The notes under the pieces were generated by a model. The model had not been told where the DNA came from. It searched no databases and saw nothing but the letters and a program-made list of their open reading frames with translations. Positions 17,901-26,356 of a DNA stretch of 64,000 nucleotides are shown here, piece by piece (position 1 is the stretch's first letter; every line of letters begins with the position of its first letter). The DNA lies in NCBI GenBank assembly GCA_964417645.1, contig CAYQIS010000002.1:66583-130582 (forward strand), read 5' to 3'. The DNA comes from an uncultured Spirochaetia bacterium. Lineage in GTDB: Bacteria > Oederibacteriota > PGYV01. The translations under genes and the position numbers were made by a program.

Positions 17901-18826
17901 TAATTGCAGCCGGCGGATACGGGGGCATCGGAACAAATCTTGCGGCGGCAGGGGCTGAACGGGATGTAAGCGCATATGAAGGAATACAATTATACATAAA
18001 AAACAGCGCGCCTGTTGACCTTGCTCTTGTTACGGGAAATTATTCGGAAGTTCCTCTTTATAATAACCCGCAGTTTCTTATTCCGGCCAATAATGACTGG
18101 ACGTTTGTGCAGGTTCCTTTTTCTTCCATGACACATCCCTGGGGAAGCGGCCCGGGACTTGATCTTACAAGGGGCGTTGACATACAGTGGAAATTTTCCG
18201 CAGGCCCTTGTGAACTTTATGTTGATGATGTCGCAATGTACTATGGAAGCAGTGTAAAAACAAGCACAGCAACAAGAACAATCACACCTTCAATCACCCG
18301 AACTGTCACCGCCACTCCTGCCGCATATTTTACGGCAACAATGACAAAAACTGTAACTCCAACGGTGACAAAAACAAATACCCTGCCTTCTTTTACGGCA
18401 ACTCCCGCAATAACTGTTTCTTTTACGCCTTCGTTGACGGAAACATCAACGGCATTAACTTTAATAAATACTCCTACGGTAACCGCAACGCCTGCGTTAA
18501 ACCCGCTAAATACGGAAGCGCCTGAAATAACAGATGTGTTTGCATATCCGCAGCCGTATTCAACGGATTCGGAACTGCATTTCTTTGTTAATTTAAAAAA
18601 CAGCGCCACATCATTTAAAATAAAAATATACACATCTTCTTTCAGGCTGATAAATGAAATAATTGTTAAAGGCGCGTATTCGGAAGGAACAAATTTGATT
18701 TCAATACCCGCGAAAAAAATGCAGCAGCTTTCCAACGGCACATATTATTATTATATTGTTCCTGAAGCGGGCGTTTCCGGAAAAAGGTCAAAAGCCGGAC
18801 TGCTTACGGTTATAAGAAAGAAATGA
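14999..18826 (+). CDS. Large secreted glycoside-hydrolase-like protein (GH-A clan TIM barrel; 'IEINNENG' acid/base, 'LITETN' nucleophile candidates) with CBM-like beta-sandwich, Thr/Pro-rich linkers and T9SS-type C-terminal sorting domain
   Basis: Signal peptide; N-terminal barrel motifs; 'TPTVTPSITPFLTPTITPTVT' and 'TRTITPSITRTVTATP...' linkers; C-terminal 'FAYPQPYS...KIKIYT...GTYYYYIV' resembles Por_Secre_tail/FlgD-Ig-type domains. Confidence 0.6.
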   Translation: MKKAFFLILLLCNNVFSYGSMFDFYIPWNDSSPSITDMSSFVARNIDADGFVKTDANGHFVVNSGRIKFWGTNTTFGGNFPSNTNASYVASRLAKYGFNVIRFHHMDMYSIWTTTNPDRVLSASQLQKMDFFINELKKKGVYTDLNLLVSRPFAQGGELHPDINQISDWKVRAVLGFFDPAVKQLQKDFARDLLTHVNPYTGNAYINEPAVAFIEINNENGLVHAFLSGQTDYLPSYYSQEINSQWNGWLKTKYASDSELETAWGVLNQPLGSELLSNGTFSSGVLSPWLYNPQPGVTGSGTVDIGAGPGGINAAKINVVVPGTAGWYVQFNHGGLNVTAGVPYTITFYAKADTARTVSVSLGMNHTPWSNLGFTANINLTSSWQLFAFTFTPSQSDTNARINFGEMGLAANATYWFTDISLKQGGMLGLSQGESLYGTGIENFKFAGGPARTAEARKDWFRFLTKTETDYWLEMYDYIKNTLGAKSLVFGTIIGCSNPNVQAKLDAIDTHAYWEHPIFPGTPWDSVDWYLNNKAMVNYPDSSTVASIGMKSVLNKPLLITETNSPHPGTFSSDHSFITSAYASFQDWDAVFPFDYNGDDNWDKRYIDGYFAVANNPLKMASYPASVISFYRGDIKPANQQIVVPIGAEDEINGLLTAGAWKLVDAEKAGENAKAVYIHKVRIAVEGQSVPSGSIAPGTTNVSGSVLVSDTGELRWDNTYPLNGVFIADTAKTKYLTGFTAERTYYLSGVTITPRAGLQNFSAIALNALDGNSFDSATRILVTALGCQKNNGDSWYIYPNTPVSFPPPHGASITLRNNWGYAQSKVEGVTADIILPCNPLNTRVWALDNSGARSMTVTVNDSAGNASFRIADGYGAVWYEVEVLHPEYTPTVTPSITPFLTPTITPTVTMTSTMITADIIDDFVDMNTQNYWMGYWYSYKDPASTMNAQTESAGGPITSTGAYHASAIIAAGGYGGIGTNLAAAGAERDVSAYEGIQLYIKNSAPVDLALVTGNYSEVPLYNNPQFLIPANNDWTFVQVPFSSMTHPWGSGPGLDLTRGVDIQWKFSAGPCELYVDDVAMYYGSSVKTSTATRTITPSITRTVTATPAAYFTATMTKTVTPTVTKTNTLPSFTATPAITVSFTPSLTETSTALTLINTPTVTATPALNPLNTEAPEITDVFAYPQPYSTDSELHFFVNLKNSATSFKIKIYTSSFRLINEIIVKGAYSEGTNLISIPAKKMQQLSNGTYYYYIVPEAGVSGKRSKAGLLTVIRKK

Positions 18827-18905
18827 ATTTGTAATACAATGGGATTTGTGATATAAAAAACTATCCGGTTTACTGCCAGTATTAAAAAATCAAAGAGGTT
18901 TAAAA

Positions 18906-20660
18906 ATGAAAAAACTTTTGTTTGTTTTTATGTTTATGTGGCTTTACGTTATTTCGTTTGCAATGATGCAGGTTGTTGTGACGGACAGCAAACAAAAAAC
19001 AATTTATGACCGCACTTTTAATCTGCTTGAAAATGAAACCGGTCATATATCAAAAGACATAAGCGCGGCGCTAAAGCTTATGCCGGAAACAGGAATTATA
19101 AAGAGGAGTTTTTCGGAAGTTCAGCTTGAGATAGTTTTTTCAGGAGGAACCTTTGAACAAACGGGAATAATGCTTGACAATATAAATATCAAAGACCCTC
19201 AGACAGGGCATTATGGGTTTGACTTGACAGTGCCTGTACCCATGCTTGAATCAATAAGCATTGTTAAAAGCGGCAGCGCTGTTAAAGGTTCCGGCGCTCT
19301 TGCGGGCCTTGTTGACATCAAAACAAGAAATGCATCCGATTACATTGAATTTAAAACATCTTACGGCTCTTTTTCCACGTTTTATAATTATCTTGGCGCA
19401 TCAAGGGTGATTAACGGCTTTGGAATCAGCGCAGGGATTGAAAATGCAACAAGCGCCGGCTACAGGGAAGGAACTGATTATTATAAAAATACAGCTTATT
19501 TTAAAGCCGAACCTGTAAAGGGGCAAAGCGTGATTATATCCTGGTCAGAAAAGGATATAGGGGCTTATGATTATTACACTCCCGGAAGGGGTTTTGCCTC
19601 AAGGGAATTTATTATAGGCAGATTAATTTTGGTTAATTCCGAAATTTTGCCGGGCCTTACAGCTTCGCCTTATTATCGTTCGCACTACGACAGGTTTACT
19701 CTTGATAATACAAGGCCTTCTTTCTATGTTAACAGGCATAATACTGAGATGTACGGATCGGATATTTCCTATAAAACCTTATTGGGCGGAAAGAATGAAA
19801 TAAGCGTCTTGTACGGATTTCACAGGGAAGGCATACAGAGCAGAAGCCTTGGAAACAGGTATTCTGAAAAATCAAAAATATCATTGGGTTGTTTTTCCGA
19901 AATGATTGATGATGCAAAAATAAACATAAGCGTTTCCGCGGAAAAGAAGCACGAGAAACCAACCGTTGAATTAATGCCTTCCGCCGCATTTTCTTATGGC
20001 ATATTTGAAGCCTTGGAATTAAGGGGTGCATATTCCTATTCGGCCAGGTATCCTGTTTTTACGGAACTTTATTATAACGACAGTGTAAGCGAAGGAAACC
20101 CTGACTTAAAGCCGGAACGCGCCAATGATATTAAAGCGGGAATCAATCTTGATGTTGGAGCCGTAAGGCTGTCAATAGACAAGACATACAGGTTTGGGGA
20201 AGACGTAATAGACTGGGGCGATTTTGGAAAACGCAATTCTTCAAATAAAGTTGTGTGGCAGATAAAGAATATTGCAAGAATAAACACATCGGGTTTCAGT
20301 GTTGATATGGGATTTCCGGCTTTTATTGCTGACATGCAGGTTTCATATGCTTATCTTGATTCATACCGTTCCGAAGGCTATGTTTCAAAATACGGATTAA
20401 ATTATATAAGGCACAAACTTTCTGGAGCGGCTGCAATTGATTTGAATTGGGCTGTTTTTAAAACCGAATGCGTATACAGGGACTTTACCGACAGGACAAG
20501 GGATTATCTGGGTCTTGATGTTTCTGTTTCGGGTAAAATAACTGATAATATCAGGCTTACAGTTAAGGTTGACAACCTGCTTAACAGGTATTTTGAAGAA
20601 GTGCAGGGAGTGCCTGCATACGGAAGATATATTGAAGCCGGAGCTGCCGTAAACTTTTAG
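18906..20660 (+). CDS. TonB-dependent outer-membrane receptor (plug + beta-barrel)
   Basis: Signal peptide; plug motifs 'DISAALKLMPETGI...', 'IVKSGSAVKGSGALAGLVDIKTR'; C-terminal '...AAVNF' aromatic terminus. Confidence 0.75.
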   Translation: MKKLLFVFMFMWLYVISFAMMQVVVTDSKQKTIYDRTFNLLENETGHISKDISAALKLMPETGIIKRSFSEVQLEIVFSGGTFEQTGIMLDNINIKDPQTGHYGFDLTVPVPMLESISIVKSGSAVKGSGALAGLVDIKTRNASDYIEFKTSYGSFSTFYNYLGASRVINGFGISAGIENATSAGYREGTDYYKNTAYFKAEPVKGQSVIISWSEKDIGAYDYYTPGRGFASREFIIGRLILVNSEILPGLTASPYYRSHYDRFTLDNTRPSFYVNRHNTEMYGSDISYKTLLGGKNEISVLYGFHREGIQSRSLGNRYSEKSKISLGCFSEMIDDAKINISVSAEKKHEKPTVELMPSAAFSYGIFEALELRGAYSYSARYPVFTELYYNDSVSEGNPDLKPERANDIKAGINLDVGAVRLSIDKTYRFGEDVIDWGDFGKRNSSNKVVWQIKNIARINTSGFSVDMGFPAFIADMQVSYAYLDSYRSEGYVSKYGLNYIRHKLSGAAAIDLNWAVFKTECVYRDFTDRTRDYLGLDVSVSGKITDNIRLTVKVDNLLNRYFEEVQGVPAYGRYIEAGAAVNF

Positions 20661-20709
20661 CATAGTTTAGCCGTCTTATTGTATAATGAATTATATTTAA
20701 GGAGGGAGC

Positions 20710-21438
20710 ATGAAAAAAATATTAACTGCAATATTTTTACTGGCAGTATTTGCGGCCGCTTCTTTTGGCACAATGATAAAGGGAAGCCAATATGAACTGG
20801 CGAAAAAATATGCGGATAAAGACCAGGCACCGGTTGTTTATTTTGATCCTGAAACAGGCGCGGCGCTTGGATTTATTCTATATGCCGATTTGGACGGAAA
20901 AGAAGGCGAAGAATTAATAATACCTTACAGGATAAGAAAAGGCATAAGGGAAATTGAAGACAAGGCGGATCCCGCGCCTCAGATATTGTCGGTTGATATT
21001 GTTCAGGACGGAAAAAAAATCAGGGGCTTTATGGAAGTTGACCTTGCTTATGTAAGGGAGCCAAGGCCGCATCTTACCGTGAGAAAAATAAAAGAAGGTG
21101 AACTTCCAAAGCTTTTCCTGCTTGTTTATGACGGTTTTGATAAAGGCCATGATGCAAAGTTTTCGCTTTTGTATAACAGTTTTGACAAAGCTGACAAGGA
21201 AAGAGAAAAGTATTTTGAAACAATCAAGATGCCGTGGGATTTTTTGCTTTATCAGTTTCTGGAAAAACCATCTGTAATAGAATTCCATACAAAATTGAGA
21301 GAAAGTTTTGGAAGATATTATATAAGGGCGCTTGACAAGAATTATGAGATTCCGGAGATACCGCAGGAAAAAATCAATGAATTTAATGAAAAACTTGCGA
21401 AATACAGAAAAGAGATTTATTGGGAATACGGGAAATAA
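20710..21438 (+). CDS. Hypothetical secreted protein
   Basis: Signal peptide 'MKKILTAIFLLAVFAAASFG'; RBS 'AAGGAGGGAG'. Confidence 0.55.
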   Translation: MKKILTAIFLLAVFAAASFGTMIKGSQYELAKKYADKDQAPVVYFDPETGAALGFILYADLDGKEGEELIIPYRIRKGIREIEDKADPAPQILSVDIVQDGKKIRGFMEVDLAYVREPRPHLTVRKIKEGELPKLFLLVYDGFDKGHDAKFSLLYNSFDKADKEREKYFETIKMPWDFLLYQFLEKPSVIEFHTKLRESFGRYYIRALDKNYEIPEIPQEKINEFNEKLAKYRKEIYWEYGK

Positions 21439-21485
21439 AGAAGATTTGCATGAGCATTTACTCAAATTAACAATTATGTAATCTA

Positions 21486-21501
21486 AATCAATATATTGTG
21501 G
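21486..21501. promoter_or_regulatory. NrdR-box-like palindrome (distal copy)
   Basis: 'aatCAATATATTGTGg' versus NrdR consensus acaCwAtATaTwGtgt; 12-mer core identical to the proximal copy. Confidence 0.4.
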
Positions 21502-21772
21502 TGTAAAATTACATTTACTTAATAACAGTATTGTCAAGTAAATCTTATAATCTTTTTTTAAAAAGTATTAAAAAACATTCTTAAAGTATCACTTTAACAT
21601 AGTGCGTTAAAAGCCTTATTTTAAGGGTTTTTTATGCGAGAATGTTGTTTTTTATACTGTAAATACAGGCTAAAATTGAATATACGGTTAAAAAAAGCAC
21701 AATATATGGGCATTTTTGAGAGATTTTTTCCTTATAAATACAAGATATTATACTTTTTAAAAAAATAAAGTA

Positions 21773-21801
21773 TTGACAAAAAAATATATCTACAATATAT
21801 T
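21773..21801 (+). promoter_or_regulatory. Sigma-70-type promoter for nrdD (TTGACA-17-TATATT)
   Basis: TTGACA 21773-21778, TATATT 21796-21801. Confidence 0.5.
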
Positions 21802-21805
21802 GTGT
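21790..21805. promoter_or_regulatory. NrdR-box-like palindrome overlapping the -10 of the nrdD promoter
   Basis: 'ctACAATATATTGTgt', 14/16 to the NrdR consensus; the 12-bp core ACAATATATTGT is a perfect palindrome. Confidence 0.45.
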
Positions 21806-21918
21806 TCAATCAGGGAGTTAATAACAACATATTGAAGAAATATTAACAATATTTTAATTAAAACACTACACGGAATTTTATATAAGCCCAAAGAAAAAAT
21901 GGTGAAGGGGAGCGATTA

Positions 21919-23967
21919 ATGAGCAAAATTCAGTACATATTAAAAAGAGACGGAACTCTGGCTCAGTTTGATGCTGTAAAAATAACCGAGGCTGTTTTTA
22001 AGGCTTTTAAGGCAAACAAGAACTACGAGCGTGAAAAGGCGGAAAAAATAACCGAACAGGTTGTATCAATACTTAATGTTGTTTACAAGGACGGACGCAT
22101 ACCAACGGTTGAAAACGTTCAGGACCTTGTTGAAAATGCGCTTTTAACCAACGGGTATACACAGATAGCAAAATCATACATATTATACCGCGACCAGCAC
22201 AGCAAGATGAGGGAGATTAAAAATCTCCTTGAAGATTCAACAACCATGATTGATGACTATTTGAGAAAGCTTGACTGGCGCATAAAAGAAAACAGCAATA
22301 TGAGCTACTCTCTTCAGGGGTTAAATAACCATGTGTCTTCAATAATAACAAGCAAGTACTGGCTTGAGAAGATATATACGCCGGAAATTAAAGAAGCTCA
22401 TTCGGGCGGGGACCTTCATCTTCATGACCTTGGCCTGCTTTCGGTTTATTGCTGCGGCTGGGATTTAAAAGACCTTTTAACAAGAGGCTTCGGCGGTGTT
22501 GAAGGAAAAATTGAATCGGCACCCCCTTCGCATTTTGAATCCGCGCTTGGGCAGATTGTAAATTTCTTTTATACGCTGCAGGGTGAAGCCGCAGGCGCGC
22601 AGGCATTTGCAAATTTTGACACTCTTCTTGCGCCTTTTATCAGGCACGAAAAACTTGACTATGAAGCGGTGAAAAGGGCTATACGCAGATTTGTGTTTAA
22701 CATGAACATCCCAACACGCGTTGGATTCCAGACTCCTTTTACAAATATCACTATGGATCTTACAATACCTGCGAACATGAGGGATGAGGCTGTTATTATC
22801 AGCGGCGAGATACAAAATTCAACTTACGGAGAATTTCAGGAAGAAGTTTACATGATTAACCGGGCTTTTGCGGAGGTTATGCTTGAAGGCGACGCCAAGG
22901 GAAGGATATTCACTTTCCCGATACCCACATATAATATCAGCCGCGATTTTGACTGGGACAATCCGGTGCTTGAACCCATATGGGAAATGACCGCAAAATA
23001 CGGCATACCGTATTTTGCGAACTTCGTAAACTCTGATATGAGCCCTGATGACGCGCGCAGCATGTGCTGCAGACTGCGCCTTGATAACCGCGAGCTTCGT
23101 AAAAGGGGCGGCGGGCTTTTTGGAAGCAACCCTCTTACAGGTTCCATTGGCGTTGTTACAATAAATATGCCGCGTCTTGGCTACAGGTTTAAAGGGGATC
23201 GCGACGGCTTCTATAAAGAACTTGCTTATCTTATGGACATAGCAAAAGACAGTCTAGAAATAAAAAGAAAGGTGCTTGAAAAATTAACCGAACAGGGATT
23301 ATATCCTTATTCAAAACATTATCTTGACGGTATTAAGAAAAGAACAGGAAAATATTGGGCAAATCATTTTGCCACAATCGGGCTTATCGGAATGAATGAA
23401 GCCATCCTTAATTTTATGGGAAAAGATATAACAACAAATGAAGGAAGAGAGTTTACAATAGAAACTCTTGAATTTATGCGCAACAGACTTGCCGAGTATC
23501 AGGAAAAAACGGGAAGTCTTTATAATCTTGAAGCAACACCGGGCGAGGGCACCAGCTATCGTCTTGCAAAAATAGACAGAGAAAAATTCAACGGTGAAAT
23601 AATTGCAATGGGCGGTGCGGAGCCGTATTATACAAATTCAACCCAGCTTCCCGTTGGATATACGCGAGACATTTTCAGGGCGCTTGAGCATCAGGACGAA
23701 ATACAGACAAAATATACCGGAGGAACCGTTTTTCATATTTTCCTGGGCGAGCGCATGAATTCAATTGAAACAACAAAAACATTTGTAAGAAGAATAGCCG
23801 AACGATTCAGGCTTCCTTATTACACGATTTCTCCCACTTTCAGTGTGTGCCCTGTTCATGGTTATTTGAGGGGAGAACACACGCATTGCCCTGTATGTAA
23901 GGAAGAAAAGGCAGCGAAAATAAGGGCTGAAATTTCTGATCTGCAGGAACTTCTTGAGACAAAATAG
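21919..23967 (+). CDS. nrdD: Anaerobic ribonucleoside-triphosphate reductase (class III) large polypeptide: ATP-cone + catalytic barrel + Zn site, without the glycyl-radical segment
   Basis: N-terminal ATP cone 'IQYILKRDGTLAQFDAVKI'; C-terminal 'ISPTFSVCPVHGYLRGEHTHCPVC', then a short helical tail and a stop before any RVxGY motif. Confidence 0.85.
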   Translation: MSKIQYILKRDGTLAQFDAVKITEAVFKAFKANKNYEREKAEKITEQVVSILNVVYKDGRIPTVENVQDLVENALLTNGYTQIAKSYILYRDQHSKMREIKNLLEDSTTMIDDYLRKLDWRIKENSNMSYSLQGLNNHVSSIITSKYWLEKIYTPEIKEAHSGGDLHLHDLGLLSVYCCGWDLKDLLTRGFGGVEGKIESAPPSHFESALGQIVNFFYTLQGEAAGAQAFANFDTLLAPFIRHEKLDYEAVKRAIRRFVFNMNIPTRVGFQTPFTNITMDLTIPANMRDEAVIISGEIQNSTYGEFQEEVYMINRAFAEVMLEGDAKGRIFTFPIPTYNISRDFDWDNPVLEPIWEMTAKYGIPYFANFVNSDMSPDDARSMCCRLRLDNRELRKRGGGLFGSNPLTGSIGVVTINMPRLGYRFKGDRDGFYKELAYLMDIAKDSLEIKRKVLEKLTEQGLYPYSKHYLDGIKKRTGKYWANHFATIGLIGMNEAILNFMGKDITTNEGREFTIETLEFMRNRLAEYQEKTGSLYNLEATPGEGTSYRLAKIDREKFNGEIIAMGGAEPYYTNSTQLPVGYTRDIFRALEHQDEIQTKYTGGTVFHIFLGERMNSIETTKTFVRRIAERFRLPYYTISPTFSVCPVHGYLRGEHTHCPVCKEEKAAKIRAEISDLQELLETK

Positions 23968-23992
23968 AGTAGAACATAAAAAGGAGGTAAAA

Positions 23993-24190
23993 ATGGAAAA
24001 AAAAGATGTGCTTGCAAGAATTGAAGAGCTTGAATTGCAGCTTGCGGAAGTAAAAGGAACTGAATGTGAAGTTTACAGCAGGATTGTTGGATATTTCAGG
24101 CCTGTAAAACAATGGAATAACGGAAAACAGGCCGAATTTGAGGACAGGGCTGAATTTATACCGGCGCCTTTTGAAGAAAAAGTTTGCTGA
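23993..24190 (+). CDS. Separately encoded NrdD glycyl-radical segment (65 aa)
   Basis: Own SD 'AAGGAGGT' 23981-23988 and ATG 23993. 'CEVYSRIVGYFRPVKQWNNGKQAEFEDR' matches the NrdD C-terminal Gly-radical consensus R[IV]xGY...WN.GK..EF.DR. Confidence 0.65.
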   Translation: MEKKDVLARIEELELQLAEVKGTECEVYSRIVGYFRPVKQWNNGKQAEFEDRAEFIPAPFEEKVC

Positions 24191-24200
24191 AGGAATAAAA

Positions 24201-24905
24201 GTGGTAATAAGCGGTTTTTTAAGCGAATCACTTATTGATCATCCGGGAAATATCTCTTTTGTGGTATACACATCCCCGTGTAATTTCAGGTGTCCTTATT
24301 GTCATAATCCTTCGCTTGTAAAAGAGACAAAAGCATCCTTAACAAGCGAAGAAGTCATTAAAGAGATACGTCAAAGGGCCGGTTTTATTGATTCTGTTAC
24401 AATAACAGGGGGAGAGCCAACCATTAATCAGGGCATAATTGAATTTATGCGGGAAGTTAAAAAAACTGGAGTTAAAGTAAAGCTTGATACAAACGGCCAC
24501 AGACCGGACATTCTTTCTTCGATAATAAATGAAAATCTGGCGGATTATATAGCCATGGATATTAAGGCGGCCCCTTACAACTATGCTATGGCCACGGGAA
24601 TAAAACCGGATTTATCGGCTATTTTTAGTTCCGTAAGAATTATAATTGATTCCGGGATTAAGCACGAATTCAGGACAACCATTGTGCCAGGAATAATTGA
24701 AATTGAAGATATAAGAGAGATTGGAAAAATGGTAAAAGGGGCTGAATTGTTTATACTGCAGCAATTTATGAATAAAAGCACGCTTTCTTCTTATATGGAA
24801 AGAATACCTCCTTATCCTGACTGGATGCTTGGACAAATGTCATCGGTTATGAAGGAATTTGTGGGAGAAGTGAGAATTTATAACCTGCAAGGCCGCCTTA
24901 ACTGA
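24201..24905 (+). CDS. nrdG: Anaerobic ribonucleotide reductase activating protein (radical SAM)
   Basis: 'CNFRCPYCHN' CxxxCxxC motif, 'ITGGEP'. GTG start with 'GAAGGAA' RBS; the ORF is open from 24138. Confidence 0.75.
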   Translation: MVISGFLSESLIDHPGNISFVVYTSPCNFRCPYCHNPSLVKETKASLTSEEVIKEIRQRAGFIDSVTITGGEPTINQGIIEFMREVKKTGVKVKLDTNGHRPDILSSIINENLADYIAMDIKAAPYNYAMATGIKPDLSAIFSSVRIIIDSGIKHEFRTTIVPGIIEIEDIREIGKMVKGAELFILQQFMNKSTLSSYMERIPPYPDWMLGQMSSVMKEFVGEVRIYNLQGRLN

Positions 24906-24952
24906 ATTTATATGATATAATTAAAACATAATTCAGATATAAGGAGGGAAAA

Positions 24953-25141
24953 ATGGGAAGCACGGTAAGAATTGCGGTTATAGTGTTTTTTATTTTGACA
25001 GGGATTTTTATGGGATGCACCAATTATGGATATATGTCGGCGCCTGTATCGTCCGGAGTAAATTCCGCCACGCAAACAGCAATAGTTAACGCTGTGCAAA
25101 CATCCATAGCAGCCACAATGACAGCGGTTCCTGCGCCTTAA
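24953..25141 (+). CDS. Small putative lipoprotein/secreted peptide
   Basis: RBS 'AAGGAGGG'; hydrophobic N-terminus ending 'FMGC' (lipobox-like). Confidence 0.4.
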   Translation: MGSTVRIAVIVFFILTGIFMGCTNYGYMSAPVSSGVNSATQTAIVNAVQTSIAATMTAVPAP

Positions 25142-25187
25142 ATTTTTTTTAAAACAAGTTTTAACGTTAAATTGAAAAGGAGAAGTC

Positions 25188-26264
25188 ATGAAATTAGCGG
25201 GATTAAATCTTGGAGGATTTTATTCACAAGTTAAAGATGATATATTTACCGAACGCCATCTTGATTCGTTTGTTACCGAAGATGACTTCAAAAGAATAAA
25301 AGATTGGGGATTTAACTGTGTAAGGCTTCCTGTTGACCATTTCTTTTTTGAAACAGAGCCTTTTAAATACGATGAATCAAGATTAAACAGAATTGACAAG
25401 ACAATAAGCCTTGCGGAAAAAAACAACCTTACTCTTATATTTGATCTTCATAAAAGCGCCGGCCATTCTTTTGATTTTAAAGAAAGATTTAATAACAATA
25501 TATGGGAAAAAAGTTCGGAAAACAGGAAGCGTTTTTTGGCATTGTGGGAGATGCTGGCAAAAAGATTTAAAAGCCGCGAAAAAATTGTGCTTGAACTGCT
25601 TAACGAACCGGTTGCACCGGAACCTTCACAGGTAAACGAACTGTATGACGAAGCAATTGATGCCATACGCTCAAGGGACAGGTATCATTCCATTATGATT
25701 GAATCAAACCTTTGGGGCGCATGCCACATGTTTGACAAACTGAAAAAATTTGAAGACAATAATATTATTTACAGTTTTCATTTTTATGAGCCGGTAATTG
25801 TAACCCATCAGCTTGCGCCCTGGATGTCTTATGTAATTCACAATATATACAAAAAGAAGGTGAATTATCCCGGAAGGCCGGAAGGTCTTTCTGAAATACT
25901 TCCTGAAGTAAGGAAAAAAGACGACAGGATGGCCGAAATGCTTGAAAACAATGACAGATTCTGGGACAAGCAGGGTCTTGAAAAACTGCTTGAGCCTGTA
26001 ATTAACTTCAGAAATAAATACAATGTGCCGGTTCTTTGCGGTGAATTTGGAATAGTTGTTCTTGCGGACCATGAAACCAGAAAAAATTGGCTTATTGATT
26101 TTATGTCAATTCTAAAGAAAAATGATATATCTTTTACATATTGGTCTTATAAGAACATGGATTTTGGCGTGATTGATGATACGGAAGAATACGCTTTAAA
26201 TCCAAATTATGATGAAACCGGAACTGACAAAGTAACTTTAAAAATACTCCGGGATGCGGTTTAA
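25188..26264 (+). CDS. Glycoside hydrolase family 5 (cellulase family) protein, no signal peptide
   Basis: 'NCVRLPV', acid/base 'LELLNEP', nucleophile 'CGEFG', 'FTYWSY'. Confidence 0.75.
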   Translation: MKLAGLNLGGFYSQVKDDIFTERHLDSFVTEDDFKRIKDWGFNCVRLPVDHFFFETEPFKYDESRLNRIDKTISLAEKNNLTLIFDLHKSAGHSFDFKERFNNNIWEKSSENRKRFLALWEMLAKRFKSREKIVLELLNEPVAPEPSQVNELYDEAIDAIRSRDRYHSIMIESNLWGACHMFDKLKKFEDNNIIYSFHFYEPVIVTHQLAPWMSYVIHNIYKKKVNYPGRPEGLSEILPEVRKKDDRMAEMLENNDRFWDKQGLEKLLEPVINFRNKYNVPVLCGEFGIVVLADHETRKNWLIDFMSILKKNDISFTYWSYKNMDFGVIDDTEEYALNPNYDETGTDKVTLKILRDAV

Positions 26265-26356
26265 AGCACTTTTTTTATATTAATGTCCGCCCAATGTGAT
26301 ATAATTTCAAAAAATTAAAAAGCACTTATTATTTATATTATATTCAGGAGGATTAG

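Noticed and set aside
17600-18480. Possible CRISPR-like or DNA repeats in the Thr-rich regions (also 45470-45880)
   Set aside because: Periodicity is codon-level (ACx/CCx) inside an intact ORF encoding T/P linkers. There are no spacer/repeat units of 25-40 nt, so it is not a CRISPR array.
18241-18741. 166-aa Val-rich minus-strand ORF
   Set aside because: Mirror-frame artefact of the Thr-rich (ACN codon) linker region of the large GH protein.
21439-21918. Cobalamin or other riboswitch in the long nrdD upstream region
   Set aside because: Region is extremely AT-rich with no B12-box-like GC-rich conserved core. Only the palindromic repressor-type sites were found.
26265-26356. SAM riboswitch upstream of metK
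   Set aside because: Only about 90 nt of AT-rich spacer and no SAM-I/II conserved helices.
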